Under the pieces are notes generated by a model. The model made no database searches and was not told where the DNA came from. It saw only the letters and a program-made list of their open reading frames with translations. A stretch of 64,000 bases of DNA, taken from contig JAMDHS010000001.1 of NCBI GenBank assembly GCA_029717555.1, positions 434,001 through 498,000 on the forward strand, read 5' to 3'. Shown here piece after piece: positions 47,946-61,106 of this stretch. Position 1 is the stretch's first letter. Each line of letters begins with the position of its first letter. The stretch comes from Peribolospora baueri. Taxonomy: Eukaryota. The translations under genes were made by a program, and so were the position numbers.

Positions 47946-49384
47946 TTAGATTTGGCCGGCGCCGGTGCTGGTGACGTCGGTGTGGCCTTGGAGGAACGCG
48001 ACGACCTTTTCTGCGAGGATGCGATCGGCGTGCTCGCTGGGGCTGAAGAGAAGAAAGGAGCGGAGCGGGATCGACGTCAGCGATCCGATCTGATCCGAAA
48101 AGAAAGCCTTCTTTCCCTCCGCGCTCGCTCACTGCAGGCTGTTCCAGAAGAGATAGTTCTCCGGGTCCGAGCAAGCGCCGGAGGGCTGGTCGCAGAAGGA
48201 CGAAGTGTTGGTGAAGCCGTAGCGGGACGGGTTGTGGTATTCGTCCCAGCTGAACGAGCGGACGGCGGGTGGCGGCATGAGTGAATCGGCGTCGCTCGAG
48301 GCGGCCCGAGAACGAGAACGAGAACGAGAACGGGCTCACAAAAGATCATAAGTAGGAAAGATCTGGATGTCGGTGCCGTCGGCCAGGGTCGTCTGAAGAG
48401 CGTCCAGCTCGTACTTTTGCACCAGGTTGTTCGCGTTGACGTAGTTGGCCATGGTTTGCGCTACCAAGGGGCCTGATAGCAGGGGCGGGACGACGACTGG
48501 TGAACAGGAGAGAAGGGCGGGACGACGACGACGACGAGACGACGCGCTCACCGTTCTCCGGGTAAGAGCCCCACATACTCGTCAACTGTAGGGGGATATT
48601 TTGAAGGACAAGAAACTTGCGTATGCCCAACGCTCTTAACCTCTTCACTTGTGCTACCACACAGGCCGCCTCGTCCTGAAGGAGAACGCCGGGGGGTAGC
48701 TTGTCGTTGGTGTTAGGGTTGAAGAACTGGGTGAAGAAGAAGCCGAGGTCGTTGGTGCCTATGAAGATGGCGGCGAGGGTGTCGGAGGTGAAGAGGTAGG
48801 ACAGGGACTTGTTGCCGGTCAACTCGTCGATTTGCATGGTGACGTCCTTTAAGAGACGAGCGGGTGGTGATGAGCAAGGGACGACGGCACGTCCACCCAT
48901 TCCACTCACGAGCCGCCACCCATTCCACTCACGAGATCAGGCGCTCTCGAAAACAACGAGTTGTTGCACGTGGCGGCAGAGTAAGCAAAGTTAAAGACAT
49001 TGATGGACGTCGTGTTGGCAATAAACTCGGGCCAGGCGAGGCCGTTGTCGGCCCTGCCTGTGGGAGGGGGTGGGCAGGAGGGGAAAGGGTAGGCGTCGGA
49101 GACGTTTGGGGGTACGGAGAATTTGCGCCAGGCGTTGCAGTTGTCGGTGTAGCCTTGGCGAGGAGGAGGATGGTAAGGCGTCCGCGTGCTGCGCTCTTCA
49201 CGAAGCCCTCGCCGCCGCCTCTTGACTCACTATCGCCAAAGATGATCATGTTCTTCGGTAGCGGCTTGGCTCCATGGCTCGGGGGACTCGCGCGAGGGTC
49301 GACAGCGACGGCCGAGACGGCGTCGAAGCGGATAAGCGGAAGAGAAGCGGCGAGCAGGGCGGCCACCCAGGCGAGCTTGGTCAT
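47946..49384 (-). CDS. Secreted GDSL/SGNH esterase (CE16-like; multi-exon)
   Basis: Signal peptide, block I MIIFGDS, block III AIFIGTND, LGIRKFLVLQ, NPSRYGFTN, block V YLFWNSLHP; ends ..GAGQI-stop. Confidence 0.88.
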
Positions 49385-50679
49385 GACTTGCGGCTGGCGA
49401 GAGAGGAGGGAATATCAATGCAATGCGCTGTCACGACCTAGACGTCGTGAGTGGACGATGGAGGGAGAGGGGAGGAGGTGTTGGTCCCCCCCTTTCCCCG
49501 ACCCCCCGCCCCCGCACGACGGTGGACGGCCAAGGCAGGCGGGGATCGCCGGTTATTCCTCGGCTAGGGCGGCGTCTAGCTTGATCGACGCGGTGATGCG
49601 AAGGAAGGAGAGGTCAGCTGAGGAAGAAGAAGCTGCAGCGAGCGCCGCTGGCGATCCGGTGCGCCGAAGGGTCCGGCGGCGTCACAGTGACATGACGGCT
49701 GCATCGGGATGGCCACGGCCAAGGACGGTCGGTCGGACCGGCTTAGCGGATGGACGAGTGGGCGATGGGAAGAAGGCCGTGGCCGACGTCGGCCAAGCGT
49801 GCGGAGAGGAGGAGGAGGAGGAGCCATCATCGACGAGCGGAGGTTGTGCTTGTGCGAGTGCGACCAAGGTGAGCCCGCTGCCGTGCTAAACGAATCCAAA
49901 GCCATCCATCCGTCCCTATCCTATCCCATCCATCCATCCTCCCTCCCTCCATGTCTCCGTCTCATCACGATCACGACCACCGGACTAATTAAAACGAATA
50001 AGCCTTGCTTCTGGGGGCCAACGCGCGCACGAGCTGCGAGCGAGCGAGAGAGGCTTGAAGAGGAAGGCCGAGGCGGCTGCTGCGTACCCAGTGGTGGTGG
50101 TACGCCCCTGGATGGTGCAAGGCGAAGAAAGAAGAAGAAGGGGTCAAGGCGTTGGTCGACTTGGATTTGATATGATCGGAACCGGCGCTTATTACTCCTG
50201 TCCGCCATCCTCCATCCGCCATCCCTCTCATCCTATCTGATTTTTTCTGTCTTTGCTCCATCACGCCGACGACCTCTTCACTCCTCGTCCCGTCTCTGGC
50301 TGTCTCTCTCTCTGCCCTCGCCTCGCCTCGCACACAACGTCGACGACACGGCGGATCGCCGCGTCCGGCGCAGCCAGCACGACGCCACCGCATCTTCTTC
50401 TCGTCGCCGCACAGCCGTCCTCGTCCGTACAGCCGGGCTATCTTAGCACGCCCTGTCCGTATTGCCATTGTCATTGACATTGATATTGCCATCCCATCGC
50501 CATCGCCATCGCCATCGCCATCGCCATCCCTGTCACCGCCACCAGCGTATCCCCCACTCTTCTCCCTCCTCGTCTTCCTCTTCGACGAACGACCACTCGC
50601 AACGACAACCGCAACGACAACGATAACGACGACCGCTACGACGACGCACAACCACCCCCACCACAACAATCACCATCAC

Positions 50680-53365
50680 ATGACGACAATGACCACACAT
50701 TATCTCCCTCGCCGCTCCACCACCTTGCCCGCCTCCAACCCTCCTACCTCCTCCCCCGGCTCCTCTCCCATTCCATCCCCCTCACCACATCTCCCTCCCT
50801 CCCTCCCGCTCACCTCCAACTTTCGTCCCCTCTCCTCCCCGTCCCCGCGCTCCCCGTTGCTCTCCCCACCCCCGCACTCTCCCCTCCTCTTTCCACCTTC
50901 CCCGTCTTCCTCTCCTCGACACAGCCGCCAAGTGGCCATGCTTTTACTCGTCTTTATTCATGGGTGCGTGTCGATCGATCCATGACTTCACGCCCACTTG
51001 GTTGATAGAAACCGCAATCGCCCCGCTCATCCTCCTCCTCTTCTTTGTTCGTCCACACAGCTTCAAAGGCAGCGCAGAAACGACGTTTGCAGACTTTCCC
51101 TCCCGCCTAGCTCACATCCTCACAGACACCTACCAAGATATCGTCGTACAGTCTGTTGTCTATCCTACCTATGAGACTAGCGGCCAGTTGGTGAGGTCTT
51201 CTTCTGTGTTCCCTTTTCTTTTCTTTTTGTTGTCACTACGGCTCCGGCTTGCTCTCCATTTCCTTTTCTTTGTGTCGTCGTTACGGCTCCCACTTGCTCT
51301 CCATTTCCTTTCTTTTTGCTGTCACTACGGCTCCGACTTTCTCTCGATTTGTTTTTCTTTTCGTCGTCACTACGCCTCCCACTTGCTCTCTATGTGTCCT
51401 TGCGCTCCAGTCGAATCCTTCCCCCTTTTTCGTACTAACCGTCGTCCTTGTAAATAATCCTCCTCCTGTCTCTTTCGACCCTCTACCCCCTCAGTCCGAC
51501 GCCGTCGACAACTTCGTCTCCTGGCTCACCCGTCTCGTTCTCAACTACGAAGCCCAGCCTACCACCGCTCCGCCTCGCTCTTCCAAAGTCCAACGCGACC
51601 ACGACCCACACCGACCTCGCCCTCCCTTGCGCTCGCCCTCCTCCGCCTCCTCCTCTAGGACTTCCTCTCCCATCCCCCCGCCTTCGCCCCACTTCCCTCC
51701 CGGCCACGGAGGAGGTGCAGGAAGCGTCAAGGTCGTCCTCTGCGGACACTCCATGGGCGGCCTCATCGCCGTTGACGCCGCACTGCAGATCGCCAGGGAC
51801 AGGGTCGGAGACGAGATGAAACTCTGGCCCAGGGTGTGCGCCGTTGTCGCCTATGACACGCCCGTGAGTAGTCCCTGGTAGTCCCTGGTCGTCCCTTTTA
51901 CTTAGCTCGGACCGGCTTGACTCTTCTCTTCTGCTCCGCCCGTCTCCATCGTAGTACTACGGCGTCCATCCGCACGTCTTCCGAAACACCATTTCCAAGT
52001 ACTCTCCCTACGTCAAGGCCGCCTCCGAGATCGGCGCCGTCCTCGGCCCCATCGGCCTCGGCATCGCGTCCAAGCTCGGTTGGGCCGCCGGCGGTGCCAA
52101 CAAAACGCCCGACAAGGGTAAGGCCAGGGCCGAGGACGTGGAGATGGGCAGCCCGGCCGACGGCTCTTCGCCCACCGAGCGCGTCGACAAGACCAAGGCC
52201 AAAGCCAGCGCCGCACATTGGAACCGACGCTCTGTCTCTTTCGGCGGTTCCACTGTCGGAAATGGCGTGGGTGGAGGGACGGGCTTCTGGAGCAAGCTGG
52301 GAGCGTTCGGAGGGAGCGAGTCGCGAGGAGACAGCGCGTCCTCCTCTCCCCGTTCCAGCCCCTTCGCCACGCCCCTGTCGCCTTCCTTCCCATCCAACGT
52401 CCAAGACTTGCCCCCGCCGGCGTCATCACCGCTCCATTCCCCCCCGGTACCCTCCTCCCCCCTCCTCTCCCGCTTCACCCCCACCTCCCAAGGCTTGCGA
52501 AACGCCCTCTACGCAACCTCCGCCTTTGCCGTCGCTGGCGGAGCAGCAGCGGCCGCGTACTCGCAAAGAGAGAACATACGCATGTCCTGGACTTCGCTCA
52601 ATGCTCATATGCTCTGGCTTAGCAACCTTTGGGACGATCATGGGCTGAGGAAGCGGTGAGTACGGTTCGTCGAGCCGCTTCCATTTGGTCGTGTCGGCTC
52701 ATCGCACATCCGTCCTTGCCTCGCATCGCATGCAGCGTCCAAGACCTCATCGAGCTCCCCGACGTGCTCTTCCACTGCTTCTACACGCGCCTGCCCGAGC
52801 GCCAGGCATTGGGCGAGAAGGAACGCACTTTCATCATCCTGCCCAGCAGGACGGCCATCGCCGCTGCCGGCTCCTTCAGCCCTTGCAACAACCACGTGGC
52901 CAAGGATGAGGTGGAGGCGCACGTTGGCATGTTTACACCCAAGGCTAACACTGGCTTTTATGACCTTGGTCTTCGTGAGTTCTATCGTCAGGATTGGGCC
53001 GCGGGACGCCGGCTCACCCGGGGTCTATCATTCTCTCCTTTTCGTTTTTTTTCTTGGGCCACCCAGGCTCTGCCTCTCTGATCGGCCAAGCGCTCGACTC
53101 GGAAACGCGGTACGGCAACCAGACGCGCTCCCAGCTGGCCACGCACGTCGATCCCGAGCCCGAGACGGGCCTCCGCGAAGGCGATCCGTCGCTGACGGTC
53201 GCGTGGGAGGCCGAGCTGTCGGAGCGGCAGAGAGCGAAGGAGGAGGCTCAGAAGAGGGAGGAAGAGGAGGAGAAGAGGAGGTGGGGTGAGATTGAGGAGG
53301 AGAAGCGGAGGAGGTTGATGGATGAGTTGGACGAAGACGAGTTGGAGAGCGCGGACAGGGCGTGA
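50680..53365 (+). CDS. Alpha/beta hydrolase (DUF676/PGAP1-like; multi-exon; start at 50680 or 50938)
   Basis: LLLVFIHG|FKG, TFADFPSRL, YPTYETSG, nucleophile elbow VVLCGHSMGG, AYDTP|YYG, RTFIILP, DEVEAHVGMF. Confidence 0.85.
51232..51390. repeat. Intronic minisatellite, ~45-bp unit, about 3.5 copies
   Basis: Units start GTCACTACGGCTCC-like and continue ..CTTGCTCTCCATTTCC. Confidence 0.8.
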
Positions 53366-54937
53366 TCGGCCCTGACTGAGTGCGTGGATCGGCCAGCACG
53401 GTCGAACGAAGGAACGAGCAATGCTTCTATCTCTGCAATCCCCATTAATGAACATGCGGTTCGGTCTCGGCTCTCGGCTTTCGAGCGCCTCCCAGCGGAC
53501 CTCGCCTCGACGGTTATACCTCCCTCTTCGTTCGTTCAGCTGGCTAGCTAGTGGCTGGCTTAGCTTTGCTACCTTTGGTGCCCTTATCGCCTTGGATCGT
53601 GCCCGCCATCAGACTTTGGGTGCTTAGACTTTTTTCCCTTATTATTCTTTTTTCCTCCCTTGGCTTTTTCGTTGGACCTTTGTCTTCCCCCCCGTCTTCC
53701 CGTTTCATTTCACCCTCGTCTCTCAATGGCATGCGACATTTATCAGATCGTATCAGATTAGACACACCGGTTCCCGCTCCGCTCCCCTCTTCTATAACCT
53801 TCCCTTGCTCCTCTGCCCCCCTTCCTGTCTCTTTCTCGTCTGCTCTTCTCTCGAGGTTTTTTTTACACAAGATCGAGACACATTGGGCGTTCCCGCCCTC
53901 CTCCTGCAGCGCTCGGTTCGGTGCGCCGAGTCGTCAGAAAGAAACCTGTCCCTCTCTGACCGACTCGAGGTTGGCTAGACTAGACTAGGCAAGACTAGAC
54001 TTGTCTTTTTCTTTTTCTTTTTTCATCAGAGGACGATCGATGCGTTCGTTCGTTCTCTTGCGAGTCGCCTCCGCCCCGTCCCGTCCCGTGTAGACGGTCT
54101 TCTGTCCTGTGGGCAGAATGAGCCGCGAGTGGACACGCGCGAGTCGCTCGGCCTCCTTTCTTTCTTCTTTCTTTCTTACTTTCGCCTCGTCCGATCTGAT
54201 GTGATCTGACCTGATGCAATCCAATCCAATCCCATCCAATCCAATCCAGACGTCCGCGTTGCAAAGACAGGTAAAGAGGCGAACGGAAGGAAATGAAGGA
54301 ATTAACATGGAACGAGAGGCGGGGCGAAGGGAGGAGAGGAGGGCGGGGGGGGGGGGGGGGGGGCGGCCCATGCGGTTCGGTTCGAAACCAACCGAGTCTC
54401 GATCGATCCATCGAAATGGAAGGACCGATCGACCGATCGAAAGAGGAAATGCGAGCCCCATCTATATCTACGATGGCGGAAGGACGGATGGACGGATGAA
54501 TGGATGAATGAACAGATAAGATAGATAGAGAGATAGAGAGATGGATAGATAGATGAATGAATGAGCGAATGAGCGAACGAACGGATGGATGGATGGAGGC
54601 GAAGCGACGAAAGGACGAAGCGACGAAGCGAAGGGAAGGAAAAAAAAAGAAATTAGGGAGTGGGAGCGGGAAGCGGGAAGCGAACAACAAGGGTAGCGAC
54701 GACGAAGGACCGAAGGAGCGTGGGTGACGACGAGGGAGGGAAACGAACGAACGAACGAGAGTGGGGTGACGATACGAAGACGAGAAAAGACGGCGTCGAC
54801 TTTTGGCCAGTCGGCGTGAACGGAGGAAGGAGACTGAGAAGCCTCGCTCGACGACACGACAGCCCGCGGGTGCGGGTGCGGGTGAGTCTGAATCGGCCTG
54901 GGCCGGGCACTCGGGGCGGGGGCGGGGCGCGATCGGC

Positions 54938-57900
54938 TCAGGAAGCGGCACGCTTGGACTTGGCTCGGATTTTGGCTCCCCATTTGTAGAAGGCGAAGGG
55001 GATGGGCATCTGAGGAGGACGAGGGGAGGTAGAAGTGGACATAATGAAATGGGCATGGAAAACGGAGATAAGCGACGTCTGTGACTGGCACGGACGACGT
55101 GGTTCGCTCTTCGCTCACCATGCCAAGAGCGACTGACGACGGGAAGAGGGGCGAAGGCGCACGCACGTCGATCAGTGACTGATGAACACAAGAAAGGGAA
55201 GACGAGGACCGACTCACCTGCTGCGAGCAAGCTGGCTGCAGCGCCAGTCCCCATGCCGTGGTACATCTGTGCGCCCAGCACAATCGGCGGATTGTTAGAA
55301 ATGATATTCACGTAACGCCCGTTCGCGCCGAACGCGTTGCCACGGTGCGACAAGGTTGGGCTTACCTGCGTGATGAACAGCGGCATTGCAGCGCCCATAC
55401 CGGATCTGGGGATGAAAGGAAAGGAAAACAGCGCATTGGTGGGCTATGCTCGCCATGCAAAACCGACACGAGGGCAAGAACGAACGCGGTGCTCACCGTA
55501 CGACCGTCTTTGCTGCCAATGCCGAAGCCACGTAGTCCGGGAAGGTGTCGATGAGATACGCGTTGGCACTGATGTCACGGCGACGGTCCATCAGGAGCCA
55601 AAACGAATTGTTAGCGAGCGGCGACAGCAAAAACAATTGAGTCAGGAGCGCGAATGGGAAGACTCACGAGAAGTAGATGCAGACCTGTACCGAACAGATA
55701 AAAAGGAAGCATGACCCGTGAGAAGGATGCTTGAAGCAGCAAACGACCGGCCGTACACGCCTGCCGAGACTTTCTACGGTGACTCTCCTGTAAACTCACC
55801 ATTCCGAATCCAAAGGGAATACCAGCAGACGATGGGCCGACCCACGAACCCGTCTGGGGAGTCCATCCGAAAATGAAAAGCGCTGCGAGCGAGGTGATAC
55901 CGGCGCGCTTGTTAGAAAAACCGAAGCGGGCAAACGAAGGAGATAAAAGTCCCCGGTCGAAAGGATTTCCTCAACTCACATATCGGGACGAAGGGAGAGC
56001 CGAGCATCATCCCCGGCAGCCTGTCCTCCGGATCCGCCTTGCCGCCTTTCTCAACCGCCTTTTTCGCATACAACTTTTCAAGTTGGGGCGTGACGACGAG
56101 GGCAAAGGCGACGCCGATGAAGATGCTGCAGAGCGTGAGACCGATCTGCCCGTCGTTGAAGTTGAACGGCGCGCCACCGAAGACGACGGGGAAGGAGAAG
56201 AACATGCCGTAGAGCTGAGCGTAGATCAGAGCTGTCCAGATACGAGAGGCAAAAAGAACGTCAGTTCGGTGTGCAGAGGAGCTAACAGGAGCGGTACCGG
56301 TAACGTTTTGCAGATTGAGTTCTACTCACCGATGTAGAAGCTCATCAGGACCAAGATGGGCTCGGTGGCCAGCATCTCTGTGGAGAACGAGGGAATGAAA
56401 CACGTCAGTGGCGCACGCAAGAGGGAAAAAATGGATGGAGTGGACGAGCGCGTTGGGGAAACTCACCGAAAGGCCTAATCAGCGTCTCCTTGAGCAGCTG
56501 AGAGAGGCTAGCTTTGAAGAGCTCCTGTTCGGTAGCAATGTCGTCCCTTCCGGTCTCCTTACGCATCTTCTCAGCGCGCCTCTTCAGCAGGACGGGCGCG
56601 AACGTCTCGGGGATGGGGAGTACCAAGACCCAGCTGGTACGACGATAGGAAGACGAAGAAAGAAAAAAAAAGGGTCAGCCTCTGAAATGGAGCTTAGAAA
56701 GGGGAGGCGAGCGGAATACGCACATCAAGGCCGCGAAGATCATGTTGATCCACAACATCCACCTCCAACCCAATGCGTCGCCAACGAAGCCACCGATGAG
56801 AGGGCCGAGCACGGGACCGGAGTAAGGTGCGGCGGCGAAGAGGGCGATGGCGAAGCCTCTCTCGTCAAAGTCCCATACGTCCGCGATGGTCCCGCCGGCC
56901 AACGTCAGAGGAGCCGAGGCGAAGAAGCCGGCGAAGAAGCGGCAAATGAGCAGGGTCTCGATATTCTTTGCGACGGCGCAGGGGATGTTGAAAACTAGGA
57001 GCGGATGACGGGGCGAGGGCCAAGACGCAAGGAAAAGCGCTTCAATGGAGGGTGTTTGAGGGGAACGGGACAAGGCGCGCAGGAGACGACTCACTGATGT
57101 AGATGAAGAACGGCACGATCCACAACGTTTGACGACCGTAGAGCTCGGAGAGTGGTGACCAAAACAACGGACCGATACTGTTGTTGATCGCGAACGCGGA
57201 CAAGATGATCCATCAGCACAACCTATGCGCGCCGACGAGCAGCTCATGCGGGAGAGAGCGATACGATTCGGTAAGGTGTATTGTCCCCCCAAGCGCCTCT
57301 CCGTCACACTCACCCGAACCCGCAAACCATCAAGGAGACGCTAAGCGTGACAACCTCGAGACCCATATGAAACTCTTTCTGCATGTCTTCAAAGTCGCCC
57401 GTCACCACTGCAGAGGCGAACGCGACGGAAACGACGGCCATGGCTGACACGCCGGTGATATACCTGTTGTGGGGGCGGAGGAATGAAGGGCGATGCGAGG
57501 TCAGCGTCGATGGCAAAAAAAAGGGTCTTCGAACCTGACAAGAGATAGAGGGAAGGGTAAAAAGGGGAGGACGCCTAACTCACCACCTGAACCCCTTGGA
57601 CCAATTGCGCGGGTTCTCCTTGTCGTCGGGCTTCCAAACGACGAGTTCAACGTCCTCAAGCCTCGTAGGTCTCCTGCCGCCCTTTTCCAGGTCCGCATTG
57701 GCGGCCGCCTTCCCGATCTTGCTCGGCAGCTTCCGAAGCTCTGTCTTCGGGTCTGTGCCCCCGATGTATGGGGCAGCTTGTCCCTCGCCCTGGGGGGCGG
57801 CTGGTGTTGATGAGGGCTGTTCCGCACGCTGCTCTGCTTCGAGCTCCGACGAGAAAGGTACGAGGCCAGTGGGGGAGGTGGTGGTGTATTCGTCCGTGAG

Positions 57901-58119
57901 ACCGGGGCCCGCAGCCTCTCGGTCGGTGGTGAGGTAAGGGAAAGCAAGGGTCTCGAGACCATGCGGTTGGTGATGTTGATGGGGGGGGAACGGCGACGTG
58001 GCGAGGTCTTGACCGAAGTCGTTCTGCAGAGTTGTTGAGGACGCTTGGGAAGGGAGGGCGCCACGCGCTTGCGTCGGTGATGAGGAGGGACCTATCGGCC
58101 CGTTGTTGGAGTCCGCCAT
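54938..58119 (-). CDS. MFS drug/polyamine:H+ antiporter, DHA1 family (Tpo1-like; multi-exon)
   Basis: WKPDDKENPRNWS, LICRFFAGFF, GGTIADVW, GPVLGPLIGGF, GWRW, PETFAPVLL, PEDRL; last exon MPIPFAFYKWGAKIRAKSKRAAS-stop. Confidence 0.93.
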
Positions 58120-59246
58120 CGAGAACGAAGGAGGACGAAGGGCAGGTGAGTAGTGTGACGACGCTGAGCTGAAGGAAGGAAAGAAAAGAAGGAAAGAAAA
58201 TGAGAGAAGGAACGAAGGGTAGGGTAAGGGTAGGGGAAGGGAAGAGGAGTGGCGAAAGAGAAGGTGAGTCGGGCGGGCGCAGAGGCGCGACGGTGTTGTT
58301 TATATGTACCCTGGAACGCCGTCGAGTGGTTAGCCGGTGTTCGAGGAAAGGGAAGCAGACTGGTGAACGGTGGTACAGTCAGATATGCGATCAGTGCTCG
58401 CCAAAGCACACAGTCCGGCATCTCAAACGACGTTGAGGAGCGGATTGCATCCATACGGGCAGACCGGCCAGCTTGGAGAAGGCGAGAAGGTGGTCAGCTC
58501 GAACAGATTCTAGACGAAATGAAGGGGACCAACTGAAGTGGCCGGAACAAACAGGGCCCGGACGAGGGCAGAGACGGACGAGAAGCAGGAGACCGGCGGT
58601 CTGTCTGCCTCGCTCGCCCGCCGTGGCGGACCGTCCGCGACGGGCGATGGATCGACGCGGGTGAAGTCGGCAAGAATACGAGCATGGCGGTGGTGAGATG
58701 GAGGGCGATCGACGTCTTGGACGCCGGCGAGGCCATTCTCGAACCGCCATCACCAGCGATCTTGGCGAGCCGTCGGAAACGTCAGGGTCGGACAGCTGAT
58801 CGACGTCCGGAGCTCGGGCGCACGCACAAGCCGAGCCGGAGCGGACCACCGTCCCTTGCCCGCCTGGCCTCCTCTCCTGCTCCGACCCTCCTGCCATTTC
58901 ATCGTGCATGCCTTCCTTCTATCGATCCCGTGCGAGGTTTAGATCTCGGCGGCATATCCCTCGGTAACGCCCCCGTCCACAGCCTTTCCCGCTTCTCGCC
59001 TCGCGACGGCGCGCTCAGCGTCCCGTTCCGGCCCGCAAGGCCGCAGTAGAGACAAGTCCAGTTACATTTGTATCACTCCGACATGCAGTACCTGTAATGT
59101 GTCCTAGAACCGCCGTCCACAACACCACCAGCCTTCTGCCTCCCCGACGCCTATCTACGGGCATCGTCGGCCTGGCCCCGTCGGAAGCAGGTGCGGGAGC
59201 GGGAGCGGGAGCGGGAGCTGGAGCATCTGCTAACATCTCCCAACCG

Positions 59247-60071
59247 TCATAACCCGCAGTCGCCGCTTGCTGCCGCCGCCGCTCGCTCGTCCTCCCCTCG
59301 CTCCTTATATTTCTCCTCGTCCTCGTCCTTCTTCGTCTTGCGATGCTTGCGTCGCTTGTGCTTTCTTCTCTTCTCCCTTCTCCTCCGACGACAGCACCAC
59401 CGCCCCAGTAGCAGGACGAACGCGGCCCCGGCCATGGACCCGATCACAGCGCCCGCGATCGCGCCCGGCGAAGGCGATGAGGCGTGCGACGAGGTGTTGG
59501 ATGGGGAGGCCGACGCTGCCACGGACCCGGGAAGCGTCGTGAGCTGGCCATTGGGACGGGTGGACAGAGAAGTAGACGAGGTGGCTTGTTGACCGCTGGC
59601 GTTGGTCGAGACGGTTGGATGTGGAACACTAGGTCGTGCTCCGTCTCTCGACGCCGCCCCTGCGGAGGAGGGCAGGCAAGGGACGGATCCGCTGGGGAGA
59701 GCGCTTCCACCTCTGCTCGCTGGAGGAGCGGTGGACGCTGACGTAACTGAATAGGGCCCCGTCGTAGTCATCGACCACGACGTGCTTTGTGCGCCGCCGG
59801 CGCCGCCGCTGCGGTGCCACGGTCCTCTTGCAGTCGTCGCTCTCCCTCTTCCTCCGCCTCTGCTACCGTCTTCCCCGCTGTCATGTCTACCACCATACTC
59901 GCCACCGTCGGTCGTGGTGGTGGCCGTCGCGTGACACGTGGACCTCGTAAGCGTCGTTGAAGACGTGTTGCAGCTCGTCTTGACGGCGCGATGCCGTTCC
60001 TGCAGCTGCGCTGGCTGTGGGACACGACTGTCGGTGACGGATGGTGGGGCGTGGAAGACGGCCGGTGGCAT
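59247..60071 (-). CDS. Putative Ser/Thr-rich single-pass membrane protein with a highly basic tail
   Basis: Ser/Thr-rich region, TM GAIAGAVIGSMAGAAFVLLLG, then RWCCRRRRREKRRKHKRRKHRKTKK and an acidic stretch. No signal peptide seen; 5' end uncertain. Confidence 0.55.
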   Translation of the reverse strand: MPPAVFHAPPSVTDSRVPQPAQLQERHRAVKTSCNTSSTTLTRSTCHATATTTTDGGEYGGRHDSGEDGSRGGGRGRATTARGPWHRSGGAGGAQSTSWSMTTTGPYSVTSASTAPPASRGGSALPSGSVPCLPSSAGAASRDGARPSVPHPTVSTNASGQQATSSTSLSTRPNGQLTTLPGSVAASASPSNTSSHASSPSPGAIAGAVIGSMAGAAFVLLLGRWCCRRRRREKRRKHKRRKHRKTKKDEDEEKYKERGEDERAAAAASGDCGL

Positions 60072-61106
60072 CGTGACGTGAGGCGGTTGGCTAGCTGGAG
60101 GAGCAAGCTAGGTGGCTCGTGCGGCTGAGGTGAATACGAAGACGGAGACGAGGTGAGAAAGACAGCTGCCAAAAAAAGGCCACGTCCTTCTTGACGATGA
60201 CTAGGTATGTGGACTCGCAAATGCGATGGGTGTGTCGTGTCCGGATGACGGGCGAAAGGGAGGGGGCCTCTCGCCGATGCTGGTTGTCTAAGTGGTTTCG
60301 ACGGAACGAAGCCGTGCGTCTACGTCCACATCCTGGTCTATAGGAAACTCGTTTGCCGTGCTCGACTAGAACAAGTCAAGCGCCCCTGGTCGTGAGCAGA
60401 AAGGAAAAAAATGAGGTTCGGCGAGTGGCTGGAGAACCGGTGAGCGACAAAGGAAGGAACAAAGGGAAGATCATAAGCGAAAGCACGTGCTACAAGCTTG
60501 CGGTTTTTTTCAAATAAACGGCTGGAGCGCGGACTGGTCGTTCGGCTTGGACCGCGGCGATGGTGAACAAAGGACGAACGGCAGGGGAGATCACATCGCC
60601 GTATGTTCATGTCTGCGAACTCTTGAGATGCAGGTCAATCGAGGTGGAGGCAGCCCGGCTCACTGTCCGGCACCACGAATAGCCTCTACCACCGATGTGC
60701 TGGCGCCTCGCACCCGCGCCCTTCGCCTCCAAAAACGGCTGTCAGCCAAGATTTGGTCAGACCGAGATGATCCGTCGCGACGGCATTCCATCTCCTTGTT
60801 GGTTGCGCCCCTTGTCGACGATGATCGTCGGGTGGAACAAGAAAGAGGAGCGAGGCGAGCTTGTTTCTTCGATGTCGCTGCTGCGGCATCCGATCGAATT
60901 CAAGCTTGATCCTCCGACGACGGCCGCCCGTCCGAGAACGTGACGAAGATACCTCAAACCATCATCGTCCGTAACCATCTCCATCCCACCCATCCTCGAC
61001 GAGACGACGCACTTCGATGAGTTCTGTTTAGTCTTCCCCTCCGGATCCCATCCCTCCCTTTGCGTGCCCTTCCCTCTCCGCCGAGTCGGGTCGGGTTCGC
61101 CTTGTC

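Noticed and set aside
46744..48339. 531-aa minus-strand ORF
   Set aside because: Out-of-frame overlap with the last GDSL exons plus a low-complexity 3' flank.
53995..55398. 467-aa minus-strand ORF
   Set aside because: Read-through of MFS introns into a microsatellite-rich 3' UTR; the spliced gene stops at 54938.
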